Shown: positions 25,966-38,275 of the stretch, piece after piece
Position numbering within the stretch: the first letter of the stretch is position 1
Layout of the letters: each line of letters starts with the position of its first letter
NCBI RefSeq assembly: GCF_009834535.1
Contig: NC_045696.1
Location: 19,966,001 to 20,030,000, forward strand
From: Camelus ferus
Taxonomy: Eukaryota
Length of the DNA stretch: 64,000 nucleotides
Reading direction: 5' to 3'
Notes under the pieces: model-generated
Told to the model about the DNA's origin: nothing
Seen by the model: only the letters and a program-made list of their open reading frames with translations
Databases searched by the model: none
Made by a program: the position numbers and the translations under genes

Positions 25966-26333
25966 CTCACTCATGCAGTTTTGATACTTTCAACTTCTAT
26001 CTACCATCTTGCTAATTTTCTTAGTCCCGAGACCCTCAGTTTCCTCAGTCTCCAGAAAATAAAACTAGAGTCATTTGCTAGGTTAGGAAGGGGAATTCTA
26101 CTGAAGTGGCTGTCTGCATTGAGTGGGAGAGGTAAAGCAGGGTTCTGGCCGCTTCTTTAGCAGACTTCCTGCATATTTCGCTATTTTAGAACTCTCCAAA
26201 CCACCAGACCTTTATTTCTGTTGATCCTCATATTTCAGCCACTTGAGGGTATCCAGCATACTTTTTTGGTTCTCATTTCTCCATGCTTTTGGTTTATGAT
26301 TCAGTTTTCTTAGATTTGCCAAATCATATGTTC

Positions 26334-26512
26334 AAGTCCAGTTTCACAATTTTCAGGCCACAGTACAAAATGAAAATGTGGAATTCTTTATTAAAAAAAA
26401 ATCATTAAAGATGTCAAGATAGCAACAGGAGTCATTAAACTAACTTCAAGGCATGTCTGTGTGGGGGGACCTGTGTGACCACACTGGTTGTACACTCAGG
26501 AAGCCAGCCCTG
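26334..26512 (-). mobile_element. hAT-Tip100 MITE (MER91-like)
   Basis: Minus strand CAGGGCTGGCTTC...CACACAGGTCCC...CATTTTCATTTTGTACTGTGGCC. Confidence 0.65.
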
Positions 26513-26959
26513 CATTTACTAACCCTCATCTGTTTTCAAAGTTCAAGAGTTTCTTGTTAATTTTTTCCATTCATGTCCTTATAATATCATGCTTTAAAAT
26601 GTATATCCCTATACACTCTTCTTTTTGGGGGGGTTCCCAAAGGATGCAAGAATAGATTTGTCTACTCTGCCATCTATTCCTGAAACTTTGGTGTTTACAT
26701 ACCTAATGTAATGAAGAGTTCGCTGTTTCTCACTTCAGCTGAACCTCTCAAGTTCTGATTTCACATATAGAGACATGAAAATATAATTTTTAAATTTTAT
26801 ATTAAAACTTTAAGGAAAATATCAACCATTCACTACGAGCAATTTGAGAATAGAGACTTTCCTAAATTAATTTATATCCCTGTAGAAGTGTCTGATAAAT
26901 CATATAAAAAGAATGCAAGAGAAATATGAAATTCTATTTTTCCTTAATTTTACCATAAT

Positions 26960-27045
26960 TTTTCCCTGCTTCCTCCCTTCTTTTTCTCTTCCTCCTTCTT
27001 TCTCTTTCTTCCTTCCTTTCTTTCTTTTTTCTTTCTTCTCTGCCT
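26960..27045. repeat. CT-rich (CTTT/CCTT) low-complexity tract
   Basis: Polypyrimidine repeat. Confidence 0.85.
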
Positions 27046-27289
27046 TTATTTCATTCTTAGATATTGACCACAGTGGAAGACACTCAATAGTAAGGAAGTG
27101 CATGCTCTAGAAAATTAATTTAATAAATCTGTGTCCTTAAACTCATATGTGCAATAAATAATTGTTTTATTTCTAAAACTCAACTTAATATCCATTTTGA
27201 GAGTCATCTATTTTCCAAATTGATGAAAAATGTAGTCTTTCTAATTACTGAAGTTTTTCTCCATTCTCAGATCTTTTCCAATTCCTCTT

Positions 27290-27698
27290 CCTAAGGTGTT
27301 TTAATTTAGATCAAATGCACTGTCTTAACATACAAATTGCAAAATCACAGTGGTTCAAGATAATGTAAACTCTTGCTCATGGAAATTGCAAAATGAATGT
27401 TCTTCGTTGGTAGGCAAGTTGACTCCAAGTGGTAATTAAAAGCTTGAGTTCCTTCTATGTGTTTAGCTCCACCATCTTTAAGGGCTGGCATCCAAGGTCA
27501 TGATGGGGGGATGAGTAGGAGACATGGATGAGAGTCTGTGGGAAGTTTATTATTATGCATCACATCATATCTTATTCTATTGGCTAGAAATGAACCATAG
27601 TATTCCTGTTAATTGCGAACAGAAGTCGGGAAATAGTTTAGCTTTTGCCCAGAAATGAAGAGTAAATGGGTTTGATGGTGAACAAACAATCTATCACA
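27290..27698 (-). mobile_element. Old MaLR LTR (MLT1J/K-like)
   Basis: AAAATCACAGTGGTT, CTATTGGCTAGAA, GGGAAATAGTTTAG, ends CTATCACA. Confidence 0.55.
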
Positions 27699-28999
27699 CT
27701 GGATTTTATAAAAGTTCTTTAATTTTATTTGATATCAAACTAATTGCTTACAACTACTCAATTTTAAATAATATAGGGTGGATCTGTACTATTTCTTGAT
27801 TCAAGTTTAAGAAGTGTTATTTTCTGGAAATAAGGAAATCTTATTCCTGTTTTTCTTAAATACATAGTTTGCGTCAAACCAAATTATTACATTATCAACA
27901 GAACTCTGACTCTGTGTACACATACAATGTTACGATAAAGTTAACTTTATATTAAACACTCTCTCTCAATCCCGTGACACATACTTTAGAGGAAATCATT
28001 GGGTCGAATGAGAAAAATAAACTGCAGAACTTACTCCATTGCCTCTCAGCCACTTCGTTACCAAATCCATTAGTTTTCTCACAAAAAGAAAATTGATCCT
28101 GAGTATCCAGTTGCTACAGGTCTGATGAATTGATTTATTTCCAGCATTCATCAGTGCTCATGTGGTATAAAGCTTTGAGTGGCTAACATCAGTGGCAAAC
28201 CAAAGAGAGAGCAGTGTAGTCGAAAGGAGCAGAAGCACTCGTGCCTGGGAACCCATCACATAAAAATGAGAATTAATGAGACAGCAAATTGAGATTCCCT
28301 GGAAATCACATCTCCATGATTTTGTATTAAGGCAAGAGGAGTTAGTGTCAGTCACAGCTTCTTTAGTAAAGAAAAGGGAACCTGTTCATTTAGCCATTTC
28401 TGACCTAGCGGTTGAATTTCTGCTTCTCATTAGAGGAAGAGCACTTTGGTTTCCCTTAACGTTCTAGTTGACTGAATATTTCATCTTTTAAAGAAAGAAA
28501 TGTTACTAAAATTGTCCGAGAATCTCATTGCAGATTGGATGTTGTACAGGCAAAATTAGATTAGAAAATCATTCTTCTCAAAATCTTCAATATAAAGTTT
28601 TGCACAAAAATTCTTCATCTGCAAAAACAAACCAGCATAAAGATCCTAAATCTAAGTTTGAGTATTAAATTTTTTAACAAGTTTCTTTCACTTACAATTA
28701 GATATTGGAATAATCAAAGGTTGAAAAATATATATTTAATATTTTTCTCCTTTTGAGTGTACTATTACTGTGAGTAATCCTCTCATTTTATTGGAAAATA
28801 CAATCAAAATAAGTATACAGTAATAATCTAAAGATGTGATCTTTTCTGATGGCTCTAGGACTTGGTCTCGATAGAAATCTATTTTATTGTTTCGTATGTG
28901 TATTACGGGGCCACTTGAACTTTAATGATTCTTTCAAGTAGAAAGAATCATTAAATTGTCACACATTATTGATCATTGCCTAGGGTCTCTGTTCCCTAT

Positions 29000-29460
29000 T
29001 TCACTGTCTTCCAATGCAAATTACAGACTAGATTTTGGAAATATCTCTTTAATCACCTTTCCCATTGATTAGCCAAGAATCCCCAGTGGTGTCCTCTTGC
29101 CTGAAACATGAATATATTCAAGGTCATCATAATTCAATGTCACTCATCACTGTATTTAACAGACGGCAGACTAGTCTCCTCATTGGTCCACAAGCACAAC
29201 ATATTTATCCCTATAGACATGGTTTTGCTTATATTATTTCTAGAACCAGAATTGCCTTAATTACTTTTTCCTGAAAATTTAAACACATTCCTTCCAAGTC
29301 CTGGTTATATTTTTACAGGTTTCACAGGGACCTTTAAGTCTTCTGCAGGTCACAGTCCTCTATTCACCCTCTTTGCTTCCGTTGCATTGAATTGTTCTCC
29401 AATGATCTTTATGCTTTAGTTGTCCTCTTAGGTTCTTTATTATAATAGTACACTGTTAAA
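29000..29460 (-). mobile_element. L2 fragment
   Basis: Degenerate pyrimidine-rich L2-like sequence (CTAGAACCAGAATTGCC, CATTCCTTCCAAGTC). Confidence 0.4.
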
Positions 29461-29759
29461 TTGCCAAAAACTTCTAATATTAAAAAATTAGGGCATGGAA
29501 ATTTTTATAGTGTATTAAAAAATGCATGCAAGTTGTTAGAGATAATTTAAATTGATAAGACTTTCTATAGCGCAGATTTGATCATTTCCATCCTGAGCTG
29601 AATAATATCCATGAACTAATCAATTTCTGAAAACCCATCCTATTTTTCTACATACTGTAAAACGTGTGATACTCAGAACACTTAAGAGTATCTTGTTAAG
29701 TATAATTCCACTTATGTAGTGAATACTTTATTTCTTCAGTCTGTGATGAGCTTGTAAAA

Positions 29760-30960
29760 ATTAATAAGGAACAGCCCAACAATGTGATTTTTACAATTGA
29801 CAAGAATGTGAACAGACAGTTTATAAAGAAGCAAGTAAAATGACTCAGATGACTTTTTAAAAAAAGCTTTATCTCAACCTTAATGGGATTATTGAAAACC
29901 AAAACTAAAGTAAAACAGCATTTTTTTTCAGTTATTAGATTAGCAAATATCATGGCTTTTATTAAAATTCTGTAGGTGGGAAAATGTGTGGGAGAGAAGC
30001 GTACATTACTGGTGTGAGTCTACAGGGCCATTTGGAAAACAAGAAATGGACACATCCCAGCCCTTGTACAAAAAGACATACCTAGAAGGATAATGCAGAG
30101 GATGGTTTCAGTGTCTTATTCGTATCCTCTCTACATCTTTATAAGAAGGCAACTTCATGTGAACATCTGCATTTTATTTCTGAGGGTTTTTTTTCCCCTA
30201 GCTATAAGAGTTCAGATCATGCACAGAGAATTCCAAAAGTGCTATAGAGCTAAGGACCTTGTAAGCAGCTGGCAATCAGTGATGAGCAGGGATTTGCGAG
30301 GTAAATATTCTAACTTCTCAGCCCCTGAACTGAATAACTAAGGTATGTTCTACACTGTGCGCTGGGGTTCTCCAGCAGGGCTGAGCTCCAGGGGCCCACA
30401 ATTCGAGTTTTGTAAAACTGTACTTGTTCTTGGATTCTCTCTTCTCCTTGTGTCTCTTGTCTCAATCCCTTTCTGATGTTCTGGGATTGTTACCAAATAA
30501 ATTATTTGTACTCAAGATCTTTCATCAGATTCTGCTTCTGGTGAAACCCAAACTGCGACAGAGAACCACTGCAACCTTGCTGTAAAAGGAAAGTATTTGG
30601 GAAAATAAGTAAGTGCTCATCTATACAGATAGGCTGAACACATTAAAGTGTATCTTTTCACCAGAATAGTATGTTTCCTTTAAAACAAGTGAGATACCTC
30701 CGTGTGCACTGAAAACAAATGACGTCTAAGCTATGTTACTAGGTTAAAAGAAGCACGTAAAATTAGAAAGGACGAAGGCATATGTTTATATCAGGACATT
30801 GTATCTCAGGTAAAATAAAGGGGAACTGGTACTCAAAGTTATCTCACACCGTGTGGAGGCTGTAGGATATAGATGAGGGGAAGCCAACGTTTTGCTGGAG
30901 ACCTTTTTGAGAATTTTGATTTTTATTCCATGTGCGTTTGTACCTGTTCAAACATTGAAT
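29760..30960 (+). mobile_element. Old L1ME-like 3' region split by an LTR
   Basis: TTAGATTAGCAAA...TACATTACTGGTGTGAGT...CCATTTGGAAAAC, resuming after 30560 with AAGTGCTCATCTATA...CAGAATAGTATG. Confidence 0.5.
30112..30560 (+). mobile_element. ERVL solo LTR (LTR16-like)
   Basis: TG start, GGTAAATATTC..GTTCTACACTGT..GGGCTGAGCTCCAG, AATAAA..TTGTACTCAA..TCTGCTTCTGG..AACCCAAACTGCGACA end. Confidence 0.7.
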
Positions 30961-31730
30961 AAAAGAATTTCGAAAAATCGGATAGGTAACTTTCTACCTA
31001 TGCAGCTGCAGGTTGAATTTCACTTGCTAGTAAGGCGTTGAGTAAACTGACCTTGATAGAAGCTTAAATACATATTTCAAGCTCCTTGTGCTAAAATTCT
31101 ACTATTACAGTAAACCTCAATCTGAAATTTTAAATGTAAGAGGTATTTCATACACAGAGAACTCTGCATGACTGGCCATGAAGACAAACAAAACATAAAC
31201 ACAACAAAAAGAAACCTACTGAATTTCTAACATGAAAATCTCATAGTATGAATGTCTATAAAAATCTGCAAGAATTTTGAGATAAGCTTTCTAAGAATGG
31301 AACATGAATTGGACAAGACTGTGAAGAACATTCACTGAAAGCTGAAAAGGTCAAATTAGCTCCTATGTAATATGTAAAAATATATGTATATTGTATGTAA
31401 AAAGATTCTGAAGTCTGCCTGTGCAATGGAAATGTAATTTCCATGTGTTCTTATTGTTTATATAATTACTATGTTCACGTTTTCCAGTCAGGAAAAACAC
31501 AATTTTTAGAAGCAAAAAAAAAAAAAAAAAAATTAATGAATCTATTCCTTATGTGTTAAAAGAAAGTGCGTCATTTATGGCTCCAAGTTAAAACACCACA
31601 TTAGATCCTTCTCTGTAAAGTTCTTAATTTCTTCCCCTCCCCCCCACCATTTGCTTTGCCTTAAATTTCCATGTGTTGTTCATTTTGTTTAATAATTAAG
31701 GATTTTTCCAAAAGATAGATGAACCTTTAC

Positions 31731-31793
31731 CATTTTGGTCAGCCTGACAATCTTCAAGGACATCAAATTAGGAAAGTCGTATCCCATAAAGAG
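31731..31793 (-). other. Candidate 63-nt exon of an unidentified transcript
   Basis: Minus strand: CTAAC branch motif (31829-31833), ...TATTTTACAG acceptor, open frame LFMGYDFPNLMSLKIVRLTKM, ATG|GTAAAG donor, repeat-free flanks. Confidence 0.35.
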
Positions 31794-33077
31794 CTGTAAA
31801 ATATATTTGAAAATGGAGTTTAATTGCAGTTAGCATTCCTAGACCACTGCTCTGAACATCAGTGCCACTTTCCGAGGGTGACAGGAGTATACGGCGCGTA
31901 GAATCTGGCATGCTGCAACACATTTCCTAACTCCAGATTTCTCTATACATTCTTCTTTAGTGTAAAAGGAAAAGTGATGCTGTTAAATGGGAGCTAATGG
32001 GGAACAACCATTATTCTTAATGTGACAATTACAAATGAAACCAAACACAAAATTATTTCTCTTTTGTGCTTAATCATCTATTGGTGCCAGACATTATTTA
32101 CATATACTTTAAAAGAAGATGTTTAGTCTTAATTTTTATGAAATATGCTTCTGTGGTATTTTTCTAGATATGTGCAGGTAATATGAGGTCTGCTTTATTT
32201 AACCTCATATAGAAGAAGGTAAATACACTTTAAATCCTGTTGAATTAGAGTGAGGTAAGCAGAAGGTAACAGAAGCAGTCAGGCATTCAGAGAACAATTT
32301 TCTGAGAGTTGCATTGCTGGACCACTAAAATGAAAACCATAAGTTCCACATCTGACCATTATGACTGAAGATGCATTGTCATGACCCCTCAACCTGTGCC
32401 TATTCAAAGGAAAGCTCCACTTCGGAGAAGTCTGCCCTAATTTACTACATCAAAATCTGTCCCTTAAAAATAGAAAAGGGGAAGTTATAACTTACATTTA
32501 AGATTTTTTAAAAAAGCATTTCTAAGTTGTCAGATGCAGTTCAAAATACCACTGTCATGGATCGCTTCTAATATAAGAAAGAACACTAACATGGGCCAGC
32601 CTGAAAACATCTAACCTGCCATGATTTTGATGGGTAAAAAAATCTATAATAAATGCTCATCATTCCTCTTTTGCCAAAATTATACAAAACAGCAACAACT
32701 AAAACCAAAACAGGAACTAAATTGGATCAGATTAAAAACTTTCCTGTTGAAGAAATTAACTTAGCACATGATATCTGTATATTTTGAGTGAATCCCAAAA
32801 TATGAAGAGGAAAGTGTACGTGATAATTGCCATGAACACACAGTCCCTAGGGTCACTGAGGATGTTCTACTCTGATGGGATTCCACTTGCTCCTTAGCTG
32901 CGTTTTTCAATCTGAGATATTTATCAAGTGCTACTTTGTTAGGTGCAACATATTAAAAATCATCCAAAACTATTTTTCAATAAAAATAATAGACTCTTCT
33001 TGAAGTGTGGAGACATAAGAATCCCAAGTGTATGTTCATGTGTACTGTTGGGATGTGTGTCTGTGTGTGTGAGTGAG

Positions 33078-33472
33078 TGTATTAGTCAGGATCCTCCAGG
33101 GAAACAGGACCAGCAGGATATTTTACAGACATAAAAAGCCAGTGATATAATTCAGAGTCCGAAGGCCTGAGAACCCAGGGGAACCAATGGTGTAAATCTC
33201 ACTTCTAGTGCAGAGAAGATGAAATGGGATGTCCCACCTCTAGCAGGGAAGCAGAGGGAAAACCAATCCATCCTTCCTCGGTTTTGTTCTATTCAGGCTC
33301 TCAACAGACTGGATGATGCCCACCTACACTGGGACCAGAAATCTACTTTACCGAGTCCACAGATTCAAGTGTAAATCTCACCCTGAAAGACCCTCACAGA
33401 CAAACTCAGAAATAATGTTTAATCTGGGCATCCAGAGGCCAGTCAAGTTGACACATAAAATTAACCAACACA
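33078..33472 (-). mobile_element. ERVL LTR (MLT2B-like, apparently internally deleted)
   Basis: TGTATTAGTCAGG...GAGTCCGAAGGCCTGAGAACC...GGATGATGCCCAC...CAAGTTGACACATAAAATTAACCAACACA. Confidence 0.88.
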
Positions 33473-33477
33473 ACGAA

Positions 33478-33520
33478 TGAGTGAGAGAGAGAGAGAGAAG
33501 GTGTGTGTGTGCGTGTGTGC
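33478..33520. repeat. (GA)n/(GT)n compound microsatellite
   Basis: GAGAGA run followed by GTGTGT run. A similar GT tract lies on the other side of the MLT2 (33054-33077). Confidence 0.85.
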
Positions 33521-35166
33521 ATCTGAGTCGGGGGATTATTGGAAAAAAATTCCTCACATTTTTGGCAATAGCCTATTTTCACAGAATTCAGTGAGTTCTT
33601 GAATTCTTAGCTTTCCTCACTAGAGAAAATATAAGTTGTTATATTATTTCAGATCCACACTTAAGGTCTGTTGGTCACCAAATCAGGAACTCTTGGGGAA
33701 ACTGTGATAAAGATATGCATTCCCCCTAGCTGAGACCAATATTATGTCAAAAAAACCAAAAAACCAAAAACCTACTGAATGCCTTTATCACTTACTAGAA
33801 ATGTGATTTGGGTAAATTACACATACTTTCTCTATTTTATTATCTGTACACCTCATACAGTTTTATTATGAATTAAACAAAAATTAAAGGTTTTAGTTAA
33901 AGTGTTTAGAAAAAGTCCCCACAGACAGTAAGTGTTCAACAAACGTTAGGTATTACTATTCACCCAACTATTACTAGTCTTGATGCTACATTGTGTTTAG
34001 AGCGCTACTCTTGTACTTAGTAAAATCAAACAGCCCTGAACAAAATGGTTAAGAGCAAGGGCTCGAGAGTCAGACTGTCCAGCTTGATATTTTCATTATA
34101 ATATCTTATTTATTTAAATGTTTTAGTGTGTCCTTTCCTTCAAGTTTTTTCATTAATATTTCATCCTAATTCTTTGCTGGGTTTCTGTATGAGATATTTT
34201 ATATTTACCTTAGGGAAAAAAATCACATGAGGATTTCTAAAGGGAATATGCATTGACTTGCCATTGGCTTAAAATCACATTGTTGTTCAATATAATAGTA
34301 AGAGGATTAGAGTTACTCTGGAAATATAAATGTATAGCTTCATGGTCATAATGTAGTTAGGAGAAACATTTTTATAGCACTTTGAAGTAAATTCTAATTT
34401 AATATTCTAATCATTCTAAGAAACATGAATGCCACTGAGATTAAAACAAACAAATCAATGCCCTAAACACTACAGATAAACATTGAAGATTCTTTTTTCT
34501 TCCCTTGGGTATCTTTATGACATTTGTAGAGTGGATGGAGCCACATTCCTCATCAATATTAACATCAGAATACAATATGTCCTATAGTTGGAAATAAAAA
34601 AAAATAAATCTTAGATGTAACCCTATTTTATAAGCATTGCAAGGTAGAGCAGAGGGACAAGATACACACAGGATAGGCTAGTATATTGAAAGGAAGCACT
34701 GGACAAATCTCTAATTTCAAAAACAATTAGAATCTGGGTGCCCTATTGTCAACAATATAGTACAGGGCAGTGTTGATACTGTGTAGTAACTTACATTACC
34801 TAAAACGATCAGTTAGGACATTCTATCTGATGTACATGTCCATTGGTACAGCTCACATTTCATCCGTTTTCAAATGTCCTATGAGAATCCAATGCAGTTA
34901 ATTTATATTAATTGACATATACATTACTTTCTGACCCTTTCCCCAACATCTTTTATTTATTTATCTGTCTCAGTCTTTTAATATCAACAACTAGTAAAAC
35001 TTCTGACTACCTATTAGATTGAATTAGCACTCTCCCAAAGAAGTCATGTTGTTCATAATTATCGAAGTGACCAAAGAAAAGTTGTCACTCAAACTCTCAT
35101 ATTGTACACCCTTGCTCAGGCATTGCATGCTACAAGTACAGTAACATTACCGCCTTTTACCACTTT

Positions 35167-35536
35167 TGTCAAAGAAAATTGCAACAATGTTAAACAGATA
35201 AGGATGACTTTACTCAAGACTATTGCAGTAAGGGAAAGAGACTGTTACTAAGTCTAAACTCAACTCTGCTGAAAAAAAGAGTTTTTAAGAGCTGGATGAG
35301 CTAGTGGAAAATTACTGACTGCTGTTGTGGGGGGGTCAAGTGGGTTGTGTCAAGTGCATTGAGTCTTTTACTGAGTTTGTTATTAGGACCAATTAGCATG
35401 GAATATTTTTCTCTGTGATTAGGCTACCTGGATTCTGTGACATCTTGGGTGAGAGTGAGGTGAGGGGTCCAGAAGCAGGAAGGAGCTGGTCTAACTATTA
35501 ATCAAGCTGAGGGGAATATTAAGGCCATCTTTGTCA
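35167..35536 (-). mobile_element. Old ERV1 LTR (MER31/MER67/MER89-group-like)
   Basis: Ends TGTCAAAGA...TCTTTGTCA. GACTTTACTCAAGACTATTGCAGTAAGGG motif. No clear TSD. Confidence 0.5.
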
Positions 35537-38275
35537 AGGCCATCCATCCTAAGCTGCCCTCAGAGGGAACAGCAAAACCCTTCTAGAATAAATCAAAGTA
35601 TATCTAGGATTTTTCAGAAAGTGCTCTTCCAGAAGTCTTACAGCACTGACTTCAAGAAGCACTATTTTTTCCGTATGGAGTAGGAAATTCTGAACACTTA
35701 TAGCAGCTAGAGCTCTTGGAAATGAGTGCCAATTCCATGTCTTTCTTGGAATAGTCAACAGAGGTATTACTGGGTCCCTTAAGGCAGAATGGGATACTTG
35801 GTGAAGTGATGGATTGGAAAGATTATATCACTTACACAAAGGTAATGTTTTCACAAACTAGCATTCAGGTGAATGCCATTATATCCAGTCAAAACCATAC
35901 CACTTTAGTTGAAAAACAACATTAAAAAGCAACAATAACAACAACAACAAAAAAAACCCAGAAGAAACACTAGCCAGAAACTTATCATCTCAAGGACTGG
36001 TTTGAAATGGTCCATGTTGAGAGAACCACAGGAGCCAGTGTTTGTTTGGGTACTTTGGAGTTGTGATATTTAAGGCATAGATTTACCCACTTGTCTTCTT
36101 GGAATCAGGGAGAAAGAAAAGAAGGAGAATGATGGTATCTATTATCCATGGGATATTTATTGGGTTAAAATTCCTTCCCTAAACTACTGATCCAATAAAA
36201 AAGAGAGGTAACAAACTAGAAAATAGGGCAATAAAGATTACAAAGGATCTATGCTACTTGAGAAATTAGAACATTTTATTAAAAGGAGGTACCAGCTGGC
36301 ATCTATTATGACCAAAGTAGTTGCCTTGACAAATTATAATGCAGCTTTAAATCACCAAGGTTATGATCTAGAATTCAAATGGGTTCAGTTTTAGACTAGT
36401 TTACTTCCATCTAAATTAGAAAACATTATTATTCTTAGACTTATTCTTAGATTTCATCACGAAGAACAGAAACAGCCAGTAGACAATGCAGCTTTTGTTG
36501 CAGTTTGAGAACCATGTGTATAATGAAGAAGGGCACTGGCATCTTTCAGATCATCTGACAGACCTCTTAGTTTGACAAGTTTTAGAAAATATTTACTTAA
36601 TTTTGATAGTGACAAAACTACCAATGAGAAAATCAGGAAGGGTTACCAGTACTGAAGTTGTTTTGTTTTGCTTTTTGCTTTTTGCTTTTTTGCCACAGTC
36701 TCTCAGAGTCTCACAGCTGGGGATACCCCGAGTTAATCACCCCCAGGAAAGCTGAATATGTGAATCCTGACAGATGTGTCCTTTAACACAAAGTCTTCGT
36801 TTACAAAGGTACTCCACTTGTCGGTGTGGTTGTAAAAAAAAAATAAGATATCAATTTTGTCTATGTAAGTCATTAACATGTGTTTCTAACTAAAAGTAAT
36901 GTCTTGAAGTTGGAAACAGTCTGGGTTTGCCTGTTTCTGACAGTTTCAATCTGATGAGTCCTGAAATTAATTAAGTTTGAATAGTTCCTGAAATACATAA
37001 CTTAATTGATTAAAAGATTATTCTTCTAGAGGCTATAATTTGAAAAGACTTACTAGAAAATGGTCGCCTTGCTGATGAGTAGTTGGAGGCTTCAAGAGAG
37101 AGGAGCAGATGGATTGTAACAGTGATGCAAGTAATACTAATAGAAAATCAGTGATGGTCTTTGCTGTTGTTTTTATATACTTCAGATACATTTATATTTG
37201 TGGAATATAAGACAGTTTTGATTAGAAATTCTTGGAAGATTATGGCTTCTGTATTTCCATGTGCTTTTAATTTTTTTAATTAACAGCTAAAGTAAAAATG
37301 TATGAATATGTTTTAACAGTTCTCTCGATTCGTGGCGTCTAGGAAGTAAGCATGTGTTCATGTGGGCAACCTATTATCCTCAGCATCTTTTGTTGCTGGT
37401 TCCTACTTTCAGAACAATTGGCATTAATTTCAACAGTAGACGGCATTTAAAATGTCAGTTCAAAATTTTACAGCTTGAAACAGCTCATCCTTCAACAATT
37501 AAGTCAATAAAACTAACTTAATTTAATTTAAACAGTGATGCTGTTTTTTAGGCCTTGTGGAGTCATTGCAATTAGTAATTCATAATTAGTATTTTATCGA
37601 TGTCCATGTGCCGTATTGCCGAGCATCATCAAGAAATGACGATGGTTGGTGGTAATTTGATAAACATTGAGACCTATTGCATTAATTATGTGCTTTCCAA
37701 TTACATCTGAAGTTAATGAATGTATGGGAATATTGTAGAGATGAATTTAAAGGACAGCTCAACCTTAATTATAAGACAGTTTTTTTTTCTAATATTCTAA
37801 TGATAACTTTCCTAGTTATCAGTTTTTAGACAAAATGAGGCTTATCTAAAATATTCAATTTGAATATTGTTCATACATAACAATCTGTTTTCTAAAGTGG
37901 TAGTGACTGATTCAAAATAGCAGTCAATGGAATTTCTGCACAATATAATGAAGAAAAAGGCTATAAAGTGTCTTTTAGACTAAGCTAAGAGCAGAAAAAA
38001 AAATCCATAAATATGATGACTAGAAAACCTTAAGATTAAGTAAATGATATCACTAAATTTGTCTCTATGTTTAATATAAAACAATTGTAAAAACTATGCC
38101 AAATTTAACTTTATTTATTTAGTTTATAAACTAAAAGAATAACAGTAAGAAAAATGCATATTTCATAGATTAAAAATCCCACATCAGTTAAGGTAGTAAA
38201 TATTTTTTCTTTATTGACAGGGCTAGTGAAGGAAAGTATTTTACTGATGCCTTATAAGCTTCATTAGCAGAGCAT

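Larger units (their letters stand above)
22900..26700 (-). mobile_element. Old, fragmented L1M-type LINE region hosting later insertions
   Basis: Long T-rich plus strand with L1M-like stretches (e.g. 24230-24900), interrupted by a young L1, an ERVL LTR and a MER91-like element. Confidence 0.45.
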
